From: Raillietiella orientalis
Taxonomy: Eukaryota
Assembly (NCBI GenBank): GCA_036172245.1
Contig: JAYWIR010000039.1
Location: 1 to 64,000 of the forward strand
Reading direction: 5' to 3'
DNA length: 64,000 nucleotides
Part shown: in pieces, positions 27,201 to 39,400 of the stretch
Layout: the number at the start of each line of letters is the position of its first letter
How positions within the stretch are numbered: the first letter of the stretch is position 1
Program-made: the position numbers and the translations under genes
The notes under the pieces: generated by a model
Told to the model about the DNA's origin: nothing
What the model saw: only the letters and a program-made list of their open reading frames with translations
The model's database searches: none

Positions 27201-29776
27201 CAGAAACCTGAAGATTTTGTTCAATTAGCACAGCAAAAATGCAACACAAAATACTCTTGATGCCATATAAACAATTTTAAATACATAAACATGCATCAAC
27301 TAATCTATGGATCACAAGAACAATATCGAATTCTTTCTGTCAATAGTGCACTTTGTACTTCATTTGCAAATCACTAGCATAAACTAATTAATCATATTAA
27401 CAAAATTGTACAATTCATTGTATTCTTACTTTGGTATCAAAGCAATCTGAAATACTAAAGAAGAAAATGATGTTTCCATTGTACTTTATGAGCACCTTTT
27501 CAGTGACTCCTCATTGGATACTGGAAGAAGCTTAACAGTTTCATTATGTTTACTCCCTGGGACTTAGGTTTAGAATTTCGGATGTATGTAATAATAAGAC
27601 AGGACTTTAACACACTGCATGAAGACAAAAGAAAGTAAATACTTTTAATATTTTTACACTGCAAGATTTTGTGTTTCCTTTATGAAGCAGTATCAATTTT
27701 AAGTTTCTTCCCAAAAAAGACATGAATTGTGGAAGTGCAATAGAGAAAATTTCTGAAAACTTAGTTTCTGTTAAACACAAATACACAAGAATAAAATATT
27801 AGCAGATAGAATCCTCCAAATTGATTGACTGTGAACGGCCTGAAATTCATCCTTGAATCAACTACTAGTAATCATAATGATTAATTCACAGTTAAAGGTC
27901 AACATGGAACAAAATAAAAAGAACATAAATGAAAATCACCTGGGCCAATACATCGATTTTTAAATGAACATACTTCAGAATATATGACAAAAATTCTGGA
28001 TGCTTTTCCATAATGCAATACAATAAATTCTTGCAGTGCTTTGATATTGAATCACTGGACATGCTCCCAAATGAAATCTATTGATCAACTCATTAATTAA
28101 TGAACATAATACCAATAAAGACTCACTTCTAACAGATCAGATAACACCTGCTCAATAATACAAATATCAGCTTGAGTTCTACACAGTATCATTGAAGCAC
28201 AGGTACTTTGCAGAAAATGTTGATCTGCTTCAGGCATTTGTTTGAAATTATGCCTGAAACTCATTTGAAAATTTTGTTCTTGACACTTGCTCAACCAATC
28301 AACACTCATCCATTTATCTTCTTCTGAAATACCATCTGTTCCATGCAACATAATAAAATAAAGATATTCCAGCAATTTTCCAGTTATGAAAGTATAAGGG
28401 AGTCCAGCACAAAACTGCCAGGCACAAACATTCTTTGAAAGCAATACTAAGAATGCTCTTAAGTACAACTGATTATACTCAAGAAACAATTTTTTTCCAG
28501 CTTCAGTAACAGAAATACAAGTACTTAAATAGTGTTCCATAAAGTCAGTGACTAAAGATACAATAGTACTCAAGATATAACACAAACATTTTTTCAAATG
28601 TATATATTTTCTATAGCAATATGCACAAAATGCACACTTTATCAAACTGACTATGTGGCTAATCACAGAAAGGACTTTCAAAACATGTGTGGGAGTAAAT
28701 GAAATGAGATCATACATATAACCATTTTCTTTTTCTTCCAATTTAAACAACTTGCTAAGAATAAATTTGAAAGGAATCTGTTGTATGATGCTCAATAAGT
28801 GTTTTTCACTGAATTCTGATGATATGTAATCAGCTTCCTCTGCATCATCATTAATGATTATCCATTCTGCATCATCTCTGATTTCTGAATGCTTCATTTT
28901 ATTCTCAATATCAACTATTATTGACTTTGGAATATATTGAAATAATATACGTAACAGCATAAATAAATGATCTAAAGAATTTTCAAGACTGCTGGCTTCA
29001 GAATGGCAGCTCACATGAATGAATGCTGTTGCCCATTTGTAGTCTTTGCACTCTAAGATGTCAAATAGCAAACATACATGATCAGATAAGTTGGCAATTG
29101 GAATTAATGAACTAATCAGATATGTCAACCATAGTTCAACAACAGCTTGAAATTCTGAGCCAAGTACAAGATCATTATGCAAATTGAAAAGCACATTTAT
29201 AAAGGAAAGCAACAAATCTTTTCCAGCTTCTGCTGTTTCTTTTAATTCCACATCATTTACATCAGATGAGAGATCACGAATAAGCATTTCCATAGTGTTA
29301 CAGATGATATCATTCATTTGAATTTCAATATTCTGTCTATCACAAATGGCTGTCAATAATTCCCTTTGCAATACATTCATCTGTTTGAATAACTCTGAAA
29401 TTTCATGAAAAACTGACTCGTCCAAATAAGCAACAACATATTTACGCGTCACTGTTACTTTCTTTTTATCACTGCAGTACCCTGCAACTTCAAATTTCTT
29501 TTCTTCTAACTTCCAACTGAGCTCCTTTAATGACTTCAATCTATCAAGCATTTGTTTTTCACACTCCTTATTTACCCTTACTCGTTCAGAAGATTCCCAA
29601 TATAATTTTATAAACTCATTTAAGGGATTTAGACTTTGCATTTGCTTCAGATGTTCATTTCTTTCTATTATTTTCTTTTGATCTTTCATAAAAGAATCTG
29701 TATACAGTGACAGGATATTTGGCAGAGAAAATGGCTCATCTTCTACTTGCTCTTGATGACTCTGATATTTTTCCAT
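21211..29776 (-). CDS. EPG5: Ectopic P granules protein 5 homolog (autophagosome-lysosome tether), multi-exon
   Basis: A ~1.65-kb first exon (ORF 28097-29776) is followed by many exons separated by ~45-55-nt GT-AG introns. EPG5-like blocks include LTIFQWVQEILNIPVDNPILVLFWQQFF, LWLEETQLQDSSIYLASLPPQY, GSCSFSCSGP, FLTLPW, GFLAAITLKKQVHFS/RFRAV. Stop at 21211. Not every exon junction was traced. Confidence 0.88.
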
Positions 29777-30848
29777 GGCTTAGGCAAACCCAGCATTCGA
29801 GTACTATAAAAAGTTATAAAACTTTTTGTGTTTGCAATTTCCCATCTCGACATCTGCAAAGTCAGCTCCTTAAGGGCGATCAAGGATCTCATTTCCCCGC
29901 AAATTCATCGCAGATCAGCATACGCAGCTAAAATAAAAACATTTTATACCAAGTCAATTTCAAATAATTTGGAAACATTGGCACAGATTCACGTTTATGA
30001 ATCCAGAACATTAGACATATGAGAAGAATTCTAAATGAAATTTAAAATTGTTGTTTGACACTCTTCTTTCTGAGGTTAAAAGAAAACTCTGCAATTCATT
30101 ATTATTTCCAGTCACGAGAGAAGTTCCAAATAAAGTCTTGAGGAGAAAAAATATACACTCATTTTATGCTTCGCTGATGGCTTCTGCTTTTTCTACAGAA
30201 GTTATCGTTGCCTTTCAAGCCAGAATGAAAAGGTGTACAGGGACAAATACAAAATGCAATGTCAAAGAAATCTCTGCAGCCCGATAGTGTAAAAGAATTT
30301 TTCAGTCTGCTGAATTTTTGAAAGCTCATCTTCTCAAGATGAATATCCTTAGTATACTCTCTACAACAAGTTGAAACAAACTGAAAATTGCTTCCAGTAT
30401 AATTTTCCCTCAAGGCTTTAATAATGTGAAAATCAGTATTTGAGGGAAAAATTAGCCCATCGCATCTATTGAACAATGGGTTCCGAATTTGAGAAAAATT
30501 ACTGTGAAAATGTAATCATACATGATCATTTTCGTAATTTTTCACATCTATGGTGATTGAGATGATCACGCTCACAGTCCACCATTTGACCAGTAATTTT
30601 GCTCACATATGCAGATTTCAGTAGAAGTGTTTGTTTATCTGGGTTCTTCTGACAGTCTTTTCGTACCCTCCAGAAATAAACCAAAGAACGGGAAATTGAT
30701 CAAAGATTAATATGGCAACATTTCAAAGTCTCCTTCAAACTGGAATGGAGAAATGCTGTGAATACAGAGGCGAATCGCCTCATAATTCCATCTCGCGATT
30801 CTTACTAAGTCAACTTTTTGTTCTCTGAATACAGACATTAGAAAAAAC

Positions 30849-31134
30849 CTTCCAGTGAAGGAGGAGGAATGGAACTATCCTCCAAAAATTCGAGAGTACC
30901 GCTGGAAATGCAACTCCAGCCCTTGCAGGTAAACAACTATGCAAATGTTGTATAGTCGTTTATCTGCGGGCGAAGTGAAACTTTCTCCGTGCATTGATAA
31001 GTTTTGAATCCTCGGTAATTTTATTGAGAAGATGATGTAAGCTCATACATTATTTGCATAGGGTTGGAGTTGCATTTCCAGCGGTACTCTAGAAATTTCG
31101 GAGGATAGTTCCATTTCTCCGCCTTTACTGGAAG
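30849..31134. mobile_element. MITE-like foldback element (~80-bp imperfect inverted arms, ~125-bp spacer)
   Basis: CTTCCAGTGAAGG...ATGGAACTATCCTCC...AGAGTACCGCTGGAAATGCAACTCCA pairs with TGGAGTTGCATTTCCAGCGGTACTCT...GGAGGATAGTTCCAT...ACTGGAAG. No target-site duplication was recognised. Confidence 0.8.
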
Positions 31135-31339
31135 ATCAATGTATAACCCGCGTCGGAGGCCATGTGGTTATGGCCTCCACGCTTGGTACCAAGCATTCGA
31201 ATACTCGGAAAGAATCGACGCCAGAGAAATGAGGGTGTGTCTTGGGTTTCAAGTTCTTCCTGCAAGATGGCGCTGGTCGGCCTCTATTCGGGTGCGGGAC
31301 GGGTAGCTGAATAAAAACGGATGTCCCCGATGAGTGGCT

Positions 31340-31700
31340 GTGATTGGGAGTCGACCTCCGGGTCCTTCCAGGAAACAGAATCAAGAGTGGGAGTTTTTTC
31401 TCCGATTGTGCAAAGGAAGGGATCCCGCCTTCGGAGGAGGAGGAGGGGACCTCCGTCTCGTACCATGGAGCTGTGGATTGACGAGGACTCTCCAGAGTGC
31501 AGAGAAGCGTGCCTCTCCTCTCGGGGAACGCCCTTCTGAGAAAATCCGGAAGCGTTTCTTCAGGGTTCTCTTCAGAGGAGTGAACAGGAGTGGTTCCCTT
31601 ACCGGTTCCCCTCTGGAGAAGAAAAATGGAGCAGATCCCTTCGAGGGTCCCTCCGGAGACAACTAGGGTGGAGGTTCCCTTCAGAGATCGCTTTCCATAC
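31340..31700. repeat. Dispersed repeat family, copy C
   Basis: Direct similarity to ~11960-12360 (both translate as ...FRGVNRSGSL... in the ORF track). Confidence 0.8.
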
Positions 31701-32229
31701 GTGAAAGGAATGGACTCCCTTCTTCAGGATTCAAAACTGATCAATTCACAAAGTGAAAATCATTCTTTCTTGTCTCGTTAAAGCTCTCTGTAAATGGAAA
31801 GCTGGCAAATTCGACTTTAAATTGAGTGAGCTTCCAAAAGCTCCCCTACAATGGAAATTTCCCTTATATGTTTTCCATGACTGTTTCTTACATAAGAGCA
31901 AGCCTTTCATATTACGTATGTGGCGACTGCCACTGCAACCTTTTCCAAGGATGGCTGCAAACTCAGACTGATCATGTCAATGCAAGTGCTGCATATTGAC
32001 ACAAGAAAGAGTTTCTTATGGATGGAGTGTTCTCTCGCGAAAGAAAAGGAAAAAAAGGTATGGCAGAACGCGATGAGATCTGAGCGATTCGAAATCTTGG
32101 CCGCGTGTAAATTAACGATTTTGGGAATACTGAAATGAATGATCTGAGGACGGTTCTGGATTTTTGGTTAAAACAATAACTCTGAGAGAGAGAAGAAACA
32201 GGAGCAGGAGACTCAAGAAGACCAGTCGC

Positions 32230-32912
32230 GAATGGCATACGGTCCCATTAGCATTTATCTGCTTGCCTGTTGCGATACAATGACGATGTCGAAAACAGCA
32301 CATTTATCCACTAATTGGAGAGACGGGTCACAGAAGAATAAAATGGCTAGAGTCATAATAGGAAATTGCAATGTGATTGGCATCCAAACGAGGAGGACCT
32401 GGATCAGGTTAGCCAATGGCAGTCAATCTCGATCTTGATATCTAGTGCTAAATGGACGGTCAGACCGTAGTCCAATCGATTCAGAAAACCTCTGAGTAAA
32501 GTGAGGACTCCGTATTAAACCTGTGCTGCACTGGATAATTCACAAGGAGCAATTTTTTCTTATAATTAAAATTAAATACTATATATTTTGTTTTAAAGAT
32601 TTACCTTATTATTTCAACTAATATTAAATCATATGTAAAAATTATTACTAACAGCTTTGCGCATAATTAAATCCTAAATTTAATACATATATCTCTGTCA
32701 TATCAGTATTAATCAAAAGAAATTTTCCTTTTTGATGTGGATAACGCCTTCGACTCCGCTGACCACAAAATGCTAGCCAACATTCTAAAAAAGCTGGGAT
32801 TCCCGATGGATTTGTCTGCATATGTAACACACATCATCCAGGGCGAGAGATTCAAGATTCACTCGATTTAGAACATTCAAGAAACTGACCCGGGGGATCG
32901 TCCAAGGCCCAA
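32230..32912 (+). mobile_element. L1/Tx1-like non-LTR retrotransposon ORF2 relic (endonuclease + RT motifs)
   Basis: In order: VIIGNCNV (cf. IIGDFN), TWIRLANGSQSR (cf. TW...SRID), RIKPVLHWIIHKEQ (RT), LFDVDNAFDSADHKMLANILKKLGFP (RT, cf. D..KAFD.V.H), TRGIVQG (cf. G..QG). Interrupted by stops, frameshifts and an AT-rich insert at ~32555-32710. Confidence 0.75.
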
Positions 32913-33049
32913 GGTCAATCCGTTGCTTACTTGGAAGCAGAAAGTACACTGATGTGGGAGACTTTGCTTTATTTTTTTTCCTATAAGTCCAGCAACAACC
33001 TCATGAGAACATCCTTGCTATTGGCATAGGATGATGGGGATCCTTTTGC

Positions 33050-33520
33050 TTGGGGTTGTTCTGTTTTCGCTGCTTTCTTTCCAGATCCTCTTTCTCGGGT
33101 TTTTCTTGGTTCGCCAAGTGCTGAAAGACCATTCCCTGTGGAGGGAGGGAGCTAACGAAACCCTTTAACTCTGTCCACGCCACCCGAAGGTGCATGTAAC
33201 TCTTCAAGTTTGTTAGGGACTGGCTCCCTCCGGTATTCCCCTCCGGTTGTGAAAATGATGCTGTCCCCCCTTCCTCCCTCGGGGACGGACACCTTCCATA
33301 GCATACCGCGGAGCTGGTTGATACCTCTCCAGTGTCAAAGTGCGCGCAGCTCCCTCCGATGTTCTCTTTAGAGGAGTAAAGAAGGGGCGCATCCTTTCCA
33401 GGAGCTCCCTCCGGAGAAGAAAAAATGGAGTGGTTTTCTCCGGATGGTCCCTATGGAAAGAATAAGGAAGAGGTTCCCTTTGGAGTCCACAACCAGGGTG
33501 GTGGGTTCATCCCGGATGCA
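33050..33520. repeat. Dispersed repeat family, copy D (two pieces in opposite orientation)
   Basis: 33105-33210 resembles 15010-15120; 33365-33510 resembles 12270-12460 and 31570-31680. Confidence 0.6.
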
Positions 33521-36479
33521 GCTATTCCCCCGGGAGACGGCAGCCCCTAAGCCGAACTCCAGGAATGGTATGGAAGTATGGAAAATGACCTTTTCCCTCC
33601 TCTTTGTGAATGAAGCCCTTTCTCCTGCCGCAGCTCTTTCAGCCCTTTGCTGCCTACGAGGGATTGTGGCGGCCTGGAGCAACGGCACTGGTGGACAGAA
33701 CGATAGGGACGCCATCTGCTCCGCTCTGCGCTTCCTGATGACGGCAACCGGATGGGCCCACCTGGGACGTATGTGAACTGAACTTGCCTGTATCCTAGAA
33801 AGGAAGTAGAGGACGATCCAGCTGAACATGATCCCTTCTCCGACCTCTCCCTGCTTTTGTAAATAGTGTTTCCTTTCTTTTGTTTTTATTTGTCCCTTCC
33901 CCCTTCGCTGCCGAGTCGAGCTCGCCGGCCTGCGCGCTGGCTACTCGGCAAGTTCAGAATTTTTATCGGACGTTGTAGGGCCAATGACCCTACCCATGTT
34001 TGTTGTTGTTGCAATAAACGCTCCGGCGCACCTGGGTGTGATAGGAATGGTATGGAAAATGGCCTTTTCCCTCAGCTACACGGTCAAGGTCGTGGGTGGT
34101 GGAAGAACAGCTTCCCGCTCCTAGAGACAGCAAACGTCCCGCGCTCCGTGGTCCTCGAGGAGGTGGCGAGCTGACCTGAAAAGAGCGGAGATCTGCCTTC
34201 GGAGACACCTCAGAAAAAACCGGAAGGGCGGCCATCCATGGTTACGCCCCATTGCCTGCAGCGCCACTCCCCATCAACCAGCCGGTCCACAGTTTCCGCC
34301 GTCCGGCCTGGTGACTGCTCCAGAGTCCTCAGTATCCTCGTCCTTGATCACCTAAAGAATATAGGGGGGGATAGATTGAAGTGATCTGGAGCGAGAGCAG
34401 CAGGGCAGGCGTTCACTGTCTCGGAAGTTCCAGCCGAGAGTGATCTCTGCTTCGTCTCCCCTGCGCGCTATTCGCTCCAGCTGCCGAGTTTCCCACCGCT
34501 TCTCCATGGCAACCGCAGTGTCTATGGAGGAGTACGGCACGCTGCATCCTCTGGTGCGGCCGAACGCCCCTGACAGGAAGCCGTTGCTTAAGGGCGTCTC
34601 GGGAGAGAACGCACGGAGCGCGGGTACGTGGCCTCCTCTGGCAACGGAGCACAGAGCGCTCCTCGGGCGACTACTCCCGGGAGGAAAGGCGGAGGGCGGA
34701 CTCTCCATGCGGACGCGGGAAGGACCTCAGGAGTTCTCTGATGGTCCGGTCTCGAACCGACGAAGAGCGCCGAGGCCTCCTCGCACTAAGGACGTTTCAC
34801 GGTCCCGTCTGCGCGAGTCAGGATAAACGGCGACCGTGGCCACGTGGAAAGAGGGAAGGGGAGGCAACTCCCCGTCCCTACGTTCGTTGGCAGCTGGGAT
34901 CCCCAGTTGTCATCTCTCCAGGCAGAATACGGACCTGAGGCACACGTTCTGGGCGATCGAAGGCTGAGCCAACGAAGGGTGGCGCCGAGATTGCGAGTTC
35001 CTCTCTGGTGTCGAAGCGGCGCCGGACAGAGGGAAGCGCGTGGGATTCCTTTCTTCACGCCTAACCGTCCAGCCACCTCGCTCTTTCCCTCTCCTCGCCC
35101 TTCCCACCCTTTCGCAGCGTCTTCTCCCCGTCAACCGACCAAGATTCGTGGGGTCGAACTCTGGCGCTGGGAAACTCCGGCTGTCTCCCTCTCCACGGGC
35201 GAGGGAAGCAAGAAGCGGCGGTCTTCGAACCGTCCCCTCCACTCTCTGGTCATTCGCGCTGCTGCTCGGAATGGGGACTACTTGGTTGGGAAACAGGAGA
35301 GGCCGTCCCCCAGAGGTAGCGAACCTCTTCCAGGACTCCTTCGCGCCGAATGTGCGGTTCCCCCGTCCCTTTTCCTTCCCCCGCCATGCGCTGAGGGCCG
35401 GAACGCCTCCTCGAACTCCCACTGGAAGTGTTGACCCCGAGCGGACGACAGCCTCAGCACGCGCGCAGTAGTTTTGTCGCGCGGGAACAGACGCTCTGCT
35501 GTTCTCGGCAGCAAAGAGGAACGCAGTCCTCTTCACCCGAAAACGCCACAGGGATCAGGACAGAACCAGCCGACTTCTCCGCCCCACCCGATTCCTCTTC
35601 TTCCCCTTCCTCGCTTCCCTATTTTGCCTATTTTTTTTTTGCTGTCCCCGTCTTTGCAAAAATTCGCTCTCCTACCTACGACCTAGGATGAGCAACGCTG
35701 CTCATGTGCCCATTATGCCTCCGACGCGCAAACGAGTGTGGAAGAGGATGCGCGTCCTCCCTGCTAACACGCATAGGGTCACATCTGGTGGCACGCCCCG
35801 ATGTATGGGAGGGAGAGGAAGAGGGAAAGACTTCAGAGTTACCTCTTGTCGGAAGCCACAGGGCACGTCGACCGGCCTACAGGACGGGGAGAAAGGAGAG
35901 AGTGCTTCCGTCCCTAGCGCCACCCGTCGGAACGCTGCCTACCTGCTTGCCCGGAAGTCCCAGAATCAGCGCAGACTTTTCCCGCTCCCCTTCAAAATCC
36001 CCCGATGCTCCCAGTACCGCTCACGGCTGCAGGAGGAAACGAAGATGCCCTTGGAGCTCTGCTCCTTCTCCCGTGTCCATGGGTGCCGAGGCAGCTATGA
36101 GGCAGGCCCGGCACGAGCGCACCTACGACACCTACCTCCTCACTCCAGGAGGAGCGATCAGATCCATTACAGGCAAGGGCTGGCTTCCATCTCACCCGGT
36201 TCCGCCGTGCGAGAGATGCGCCACTGACCCCTTCGGAACGTCCAGATCCCGAAGCAGCGTAGTCCCGTGAAGGCTCCCGGGAGACGAAAGGGCGAAAACT
36301 CCCCCCCTCTCGTGTGTCCAGAGGGACGGGCTACCACAGCGAACCCACCTCGAAAGCCGCCGGAGCGCACAGCACATCCCAGGAAGTTCCACCCGCTCCT
36401 GCCTGTCCTTTTATGCAGGCTTTCGTGCCGCAGGGACTCTCGACCCCCGAGGGGAATTCCCAGCTTGGTGGCGACGACC

Positions 36480-39400
36480 TCACTGAGGTGTCTCCATGGA
36501 AGAAGGATAGTAGTACATGACCGCGTTAGCCGAGAGCTGCCACCTGGCGGCGTGCAGCTCGATGAGCTGCAGCAGAGTCTTCTTCACCGCGGCCGGGTTC
36601 AGGGCGTTGAGGAAGGCGTTTCTTATGGAATCCACTAGTTGGTTCAGCCTCTTCGGCATCTCCACCTCCAGGTCGCGCCCGATGGCCGTCAGCACGAAGA
36701 ACAGGCACTCCATCTGGGCGAGAAAGAGAGAGATAAAGAGAGAGAGGGTGGGGGAAATGGGTGTGGGAAAATTAAGGCTTCCGGGTCAGGCGCGTGACGC
36801 GGTGGCCTCCTCGATCCCCGAGCCTTGGCTCCTCTACTGCTGACCGCCTCCAGCCCGTCCTCCCGCCGCCGGTAGTCGGCGCGCCCGCCCTTTTCTTTGG
36901 CCAGTTCGTTGCTGTGCCCTTTTCCGTTCGCTCCGCTTGCCCCTCTCTCTTCGAGGCCGTGCGTGTTCAGGGAAAAGAGAGGGACAGCGGAGCTGCAGCG
37001 CAGCACTCGCCGGTGCTGCCCACCTTCGTCCTTCGCGCGGCGGCAGAGGGAGGGAGGGGCACCCACCGAACGCTAGTGATGGCCCTTCCCGTCCGACCAG
37101 CCCGCCGATTGCTCTTCTCGTGTGCGTCGAGTGGCTTCGCTGCTCGCCGCGCGCTCTCTGCGGCGAAAAGAATTAACCGATGCTGCGCAGCATCCGTCTC
37201 TAGGAGACCGCGCGCGAGGACATTCTGCGGTCTTGGATTCGTCCACCGAATCCAAGACCGCAGAATCCACCGTCCCGCTCTTCAAACTTCAGGTCCTGGA
37301 GGTCTATTTATAGATTTGGCAGCTGTGAAGAAGGAAACCTGGGAAGGTATCCTCTTTTCGCGGTCCAAAGTTCTCCAAGGTCTTCAAGGCTTTCCTACTC
37401 GAGTTTGCTCTTCATGCTTACTGACGTCAGCGCAGTCGGAATGAGAGCTTCCATGCCTGCTTTTTGCGTTCCCGCCCTCTCACCTCAATGTGTCTCGGGA
37501 GGAAGACCTGGCTGACTTTGGCTCCTCCTCGGCTCTGAGGGAACACCGGAAAAAAAGAGGAAAAGGCTCGTGGGACTTTTCCCCATAGATCGCGCTGGTG
37601 CGTCGCTGCGTTCCTGCGTATTCACGAGAGCGAGCAGTCGTCGTCGTGCCAACCGGTCTCCAGAAGCGAGGGCGCGTTCCCCCTGGCGCGTCGGGCGCCT
37701 TGCTCTCGCTTCCTCGCTCAGCTCCCGTACGGGAAACTTGAAACCAAGGCAACGGCGGGCGACACGAGCATTCGCACCGTGCGATGGCTCAAAGCATATC
37801 GTCCACCGGCTCATCGGTGGCAACAATCGCGCCGACATGGAGGAGCAGCAAAGGTCAACGGTAGTGAAGATGCAGGGGAGGTCACGTAAGAAAAAAGAAA
37901 GGAACACGAAAGCCGCAGAGCAGTCCAGCTGGAATTGTCAGCAAGAATGGATGGGTGCCAGGAATTCGTAAAGAAACTTCCCTCAAAGACATAAGGTGGA
38001 CAGGTACATGGATGCAGGCGCTACTGCAGTGCTATTTTTAGATGGGGAGATCCGTCCAGCTTCCCTGAAAGAACTCCAGGAAAGTCTCGGATCGATCTCC
38101 ACTTGCACCCTGCGGATGGCGCTTCTGGAGACCCCGGCTGCTCTGGACGTTTACCAGAGAAGATGCGTTCTGAGCACTAGTAGGGGAAGGAAAGACGAAG
38201 TTCCGACACTCCTCGGAAAGCGTTGGAGATAAAGGGCATTCCGGAAATTGCAGCGAAAACGCGCAGGACGTTCCCGACCGTAAACGACCGGTCGTGAGTC
38301 TCCTCCACCCTTCCGACCCTCTCCCATTGGCTCAGGTAGCAGCGGGGAGGGCTGCGTCGAGCGCGATGAACCCCGCCGTCATTTCTCACTTCGCCTGGAA
38401 CGTGCTCTCCGGGGACGGGAGGGAACCAGTGCAGGGACTCCTGCTTCCTGACCTCCCGGTTGCCCGGCTTCGTCCGACGAAATTCCCGCTTACGCACCGC
38501 TTCCTCCCTTCTGGCCGGTGCGCGCATTTCCTCTTTTCACAGGCTTCCGGCTGTTGACGAAGAGCTCTGGCAACCGATCTGCAGGCGGGAAGACGCTCAT
38601 AGTCGGGCACCCGTCCGCAGCCGGAGGATCAGCCAAGAGGCTGCCGCACGCAGGCGCAGCAGTCCAATAGGGAGGGGAGAAGGAAGCGTTCCTCCTTCTT
38701 CCTGGTTCCCTCCTCCTCCTTCCTCCGAGCGCTTGCATCGCCTCGGAGAGCCGACCTCAATCACCCTGCGGCCACCCTCTTCGCGTCGGTGACCCAGCTG
38801 GATGCTTCCCTCGTGACGAACCTCGAGCTGGCGCGTGGGTCCGTGCCGCGCTCGGTGCGGCACGTGAGTCTCAGACACTGGGTTGTGCCCAGGGCACTCG
38901 GGGGATAGAAAGAAAGTGGGCAAGCAGGCGGCGCTGCGGTGTATGTGTGTGTGTGTGGAAGGGGGGATCAGGATTCGCCCCTCCAGCTGTTGGACCGTGC
39001 AGGAGGCATTCTTCTCGCTCGAGAGTTCCGCAAAGGATGGTTCCAAAGGACTTTCCTTTGCGGTTCCAAAGGTTGCAAAGGACCACTCACCTCAAAGCTG
39101 TCACGTCAGAACCATGGAAAAACAGCATCATGAAGAGCCTCACCGAGAAGCCACCATCTCTATGGAGCGGACAGGCCCCTTTCAGGGATTCCCGAATCGT
39201 TCTGCACCCCCCGATGTCCTCAAGGTGAGTCGGGAGTTTTCCCCTTCGATGTCCGCGCGACGATTCCGGATGACCCTTTATGATCATCTTTGAGCTCCTC
39301 CCGTCCTCCTTCCCTCTCCTCCTGCAGGACCTTCAACCAGCCCTGACGACTGCTCTCAAGGAAACTCTCGGAACGCTCTTCGACAGAAGGCTCCGAAAGC

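Larger units (their letters stand above)
29930..32150 (-). pseudogene. VPS13B-like relic, C-terminal part
   Basis: Colinear broken-frame motifs resembling the VPS13B C-terminus as recalled: VDLVRI / IRLCI..GDF (~30800-30710), DFHIIKALRENY, KDIHLEKMSFQ, GCRDFF...FHSGLKG (cf. GVADFF...FVSGVSRG), frameshift to KATITSV (cf. KGTLTSI), FGTSL..ELQSF, FPNYLKLTW (cf. PNSHVKYVW). In-frame stops are present. Confidence 0.5.
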
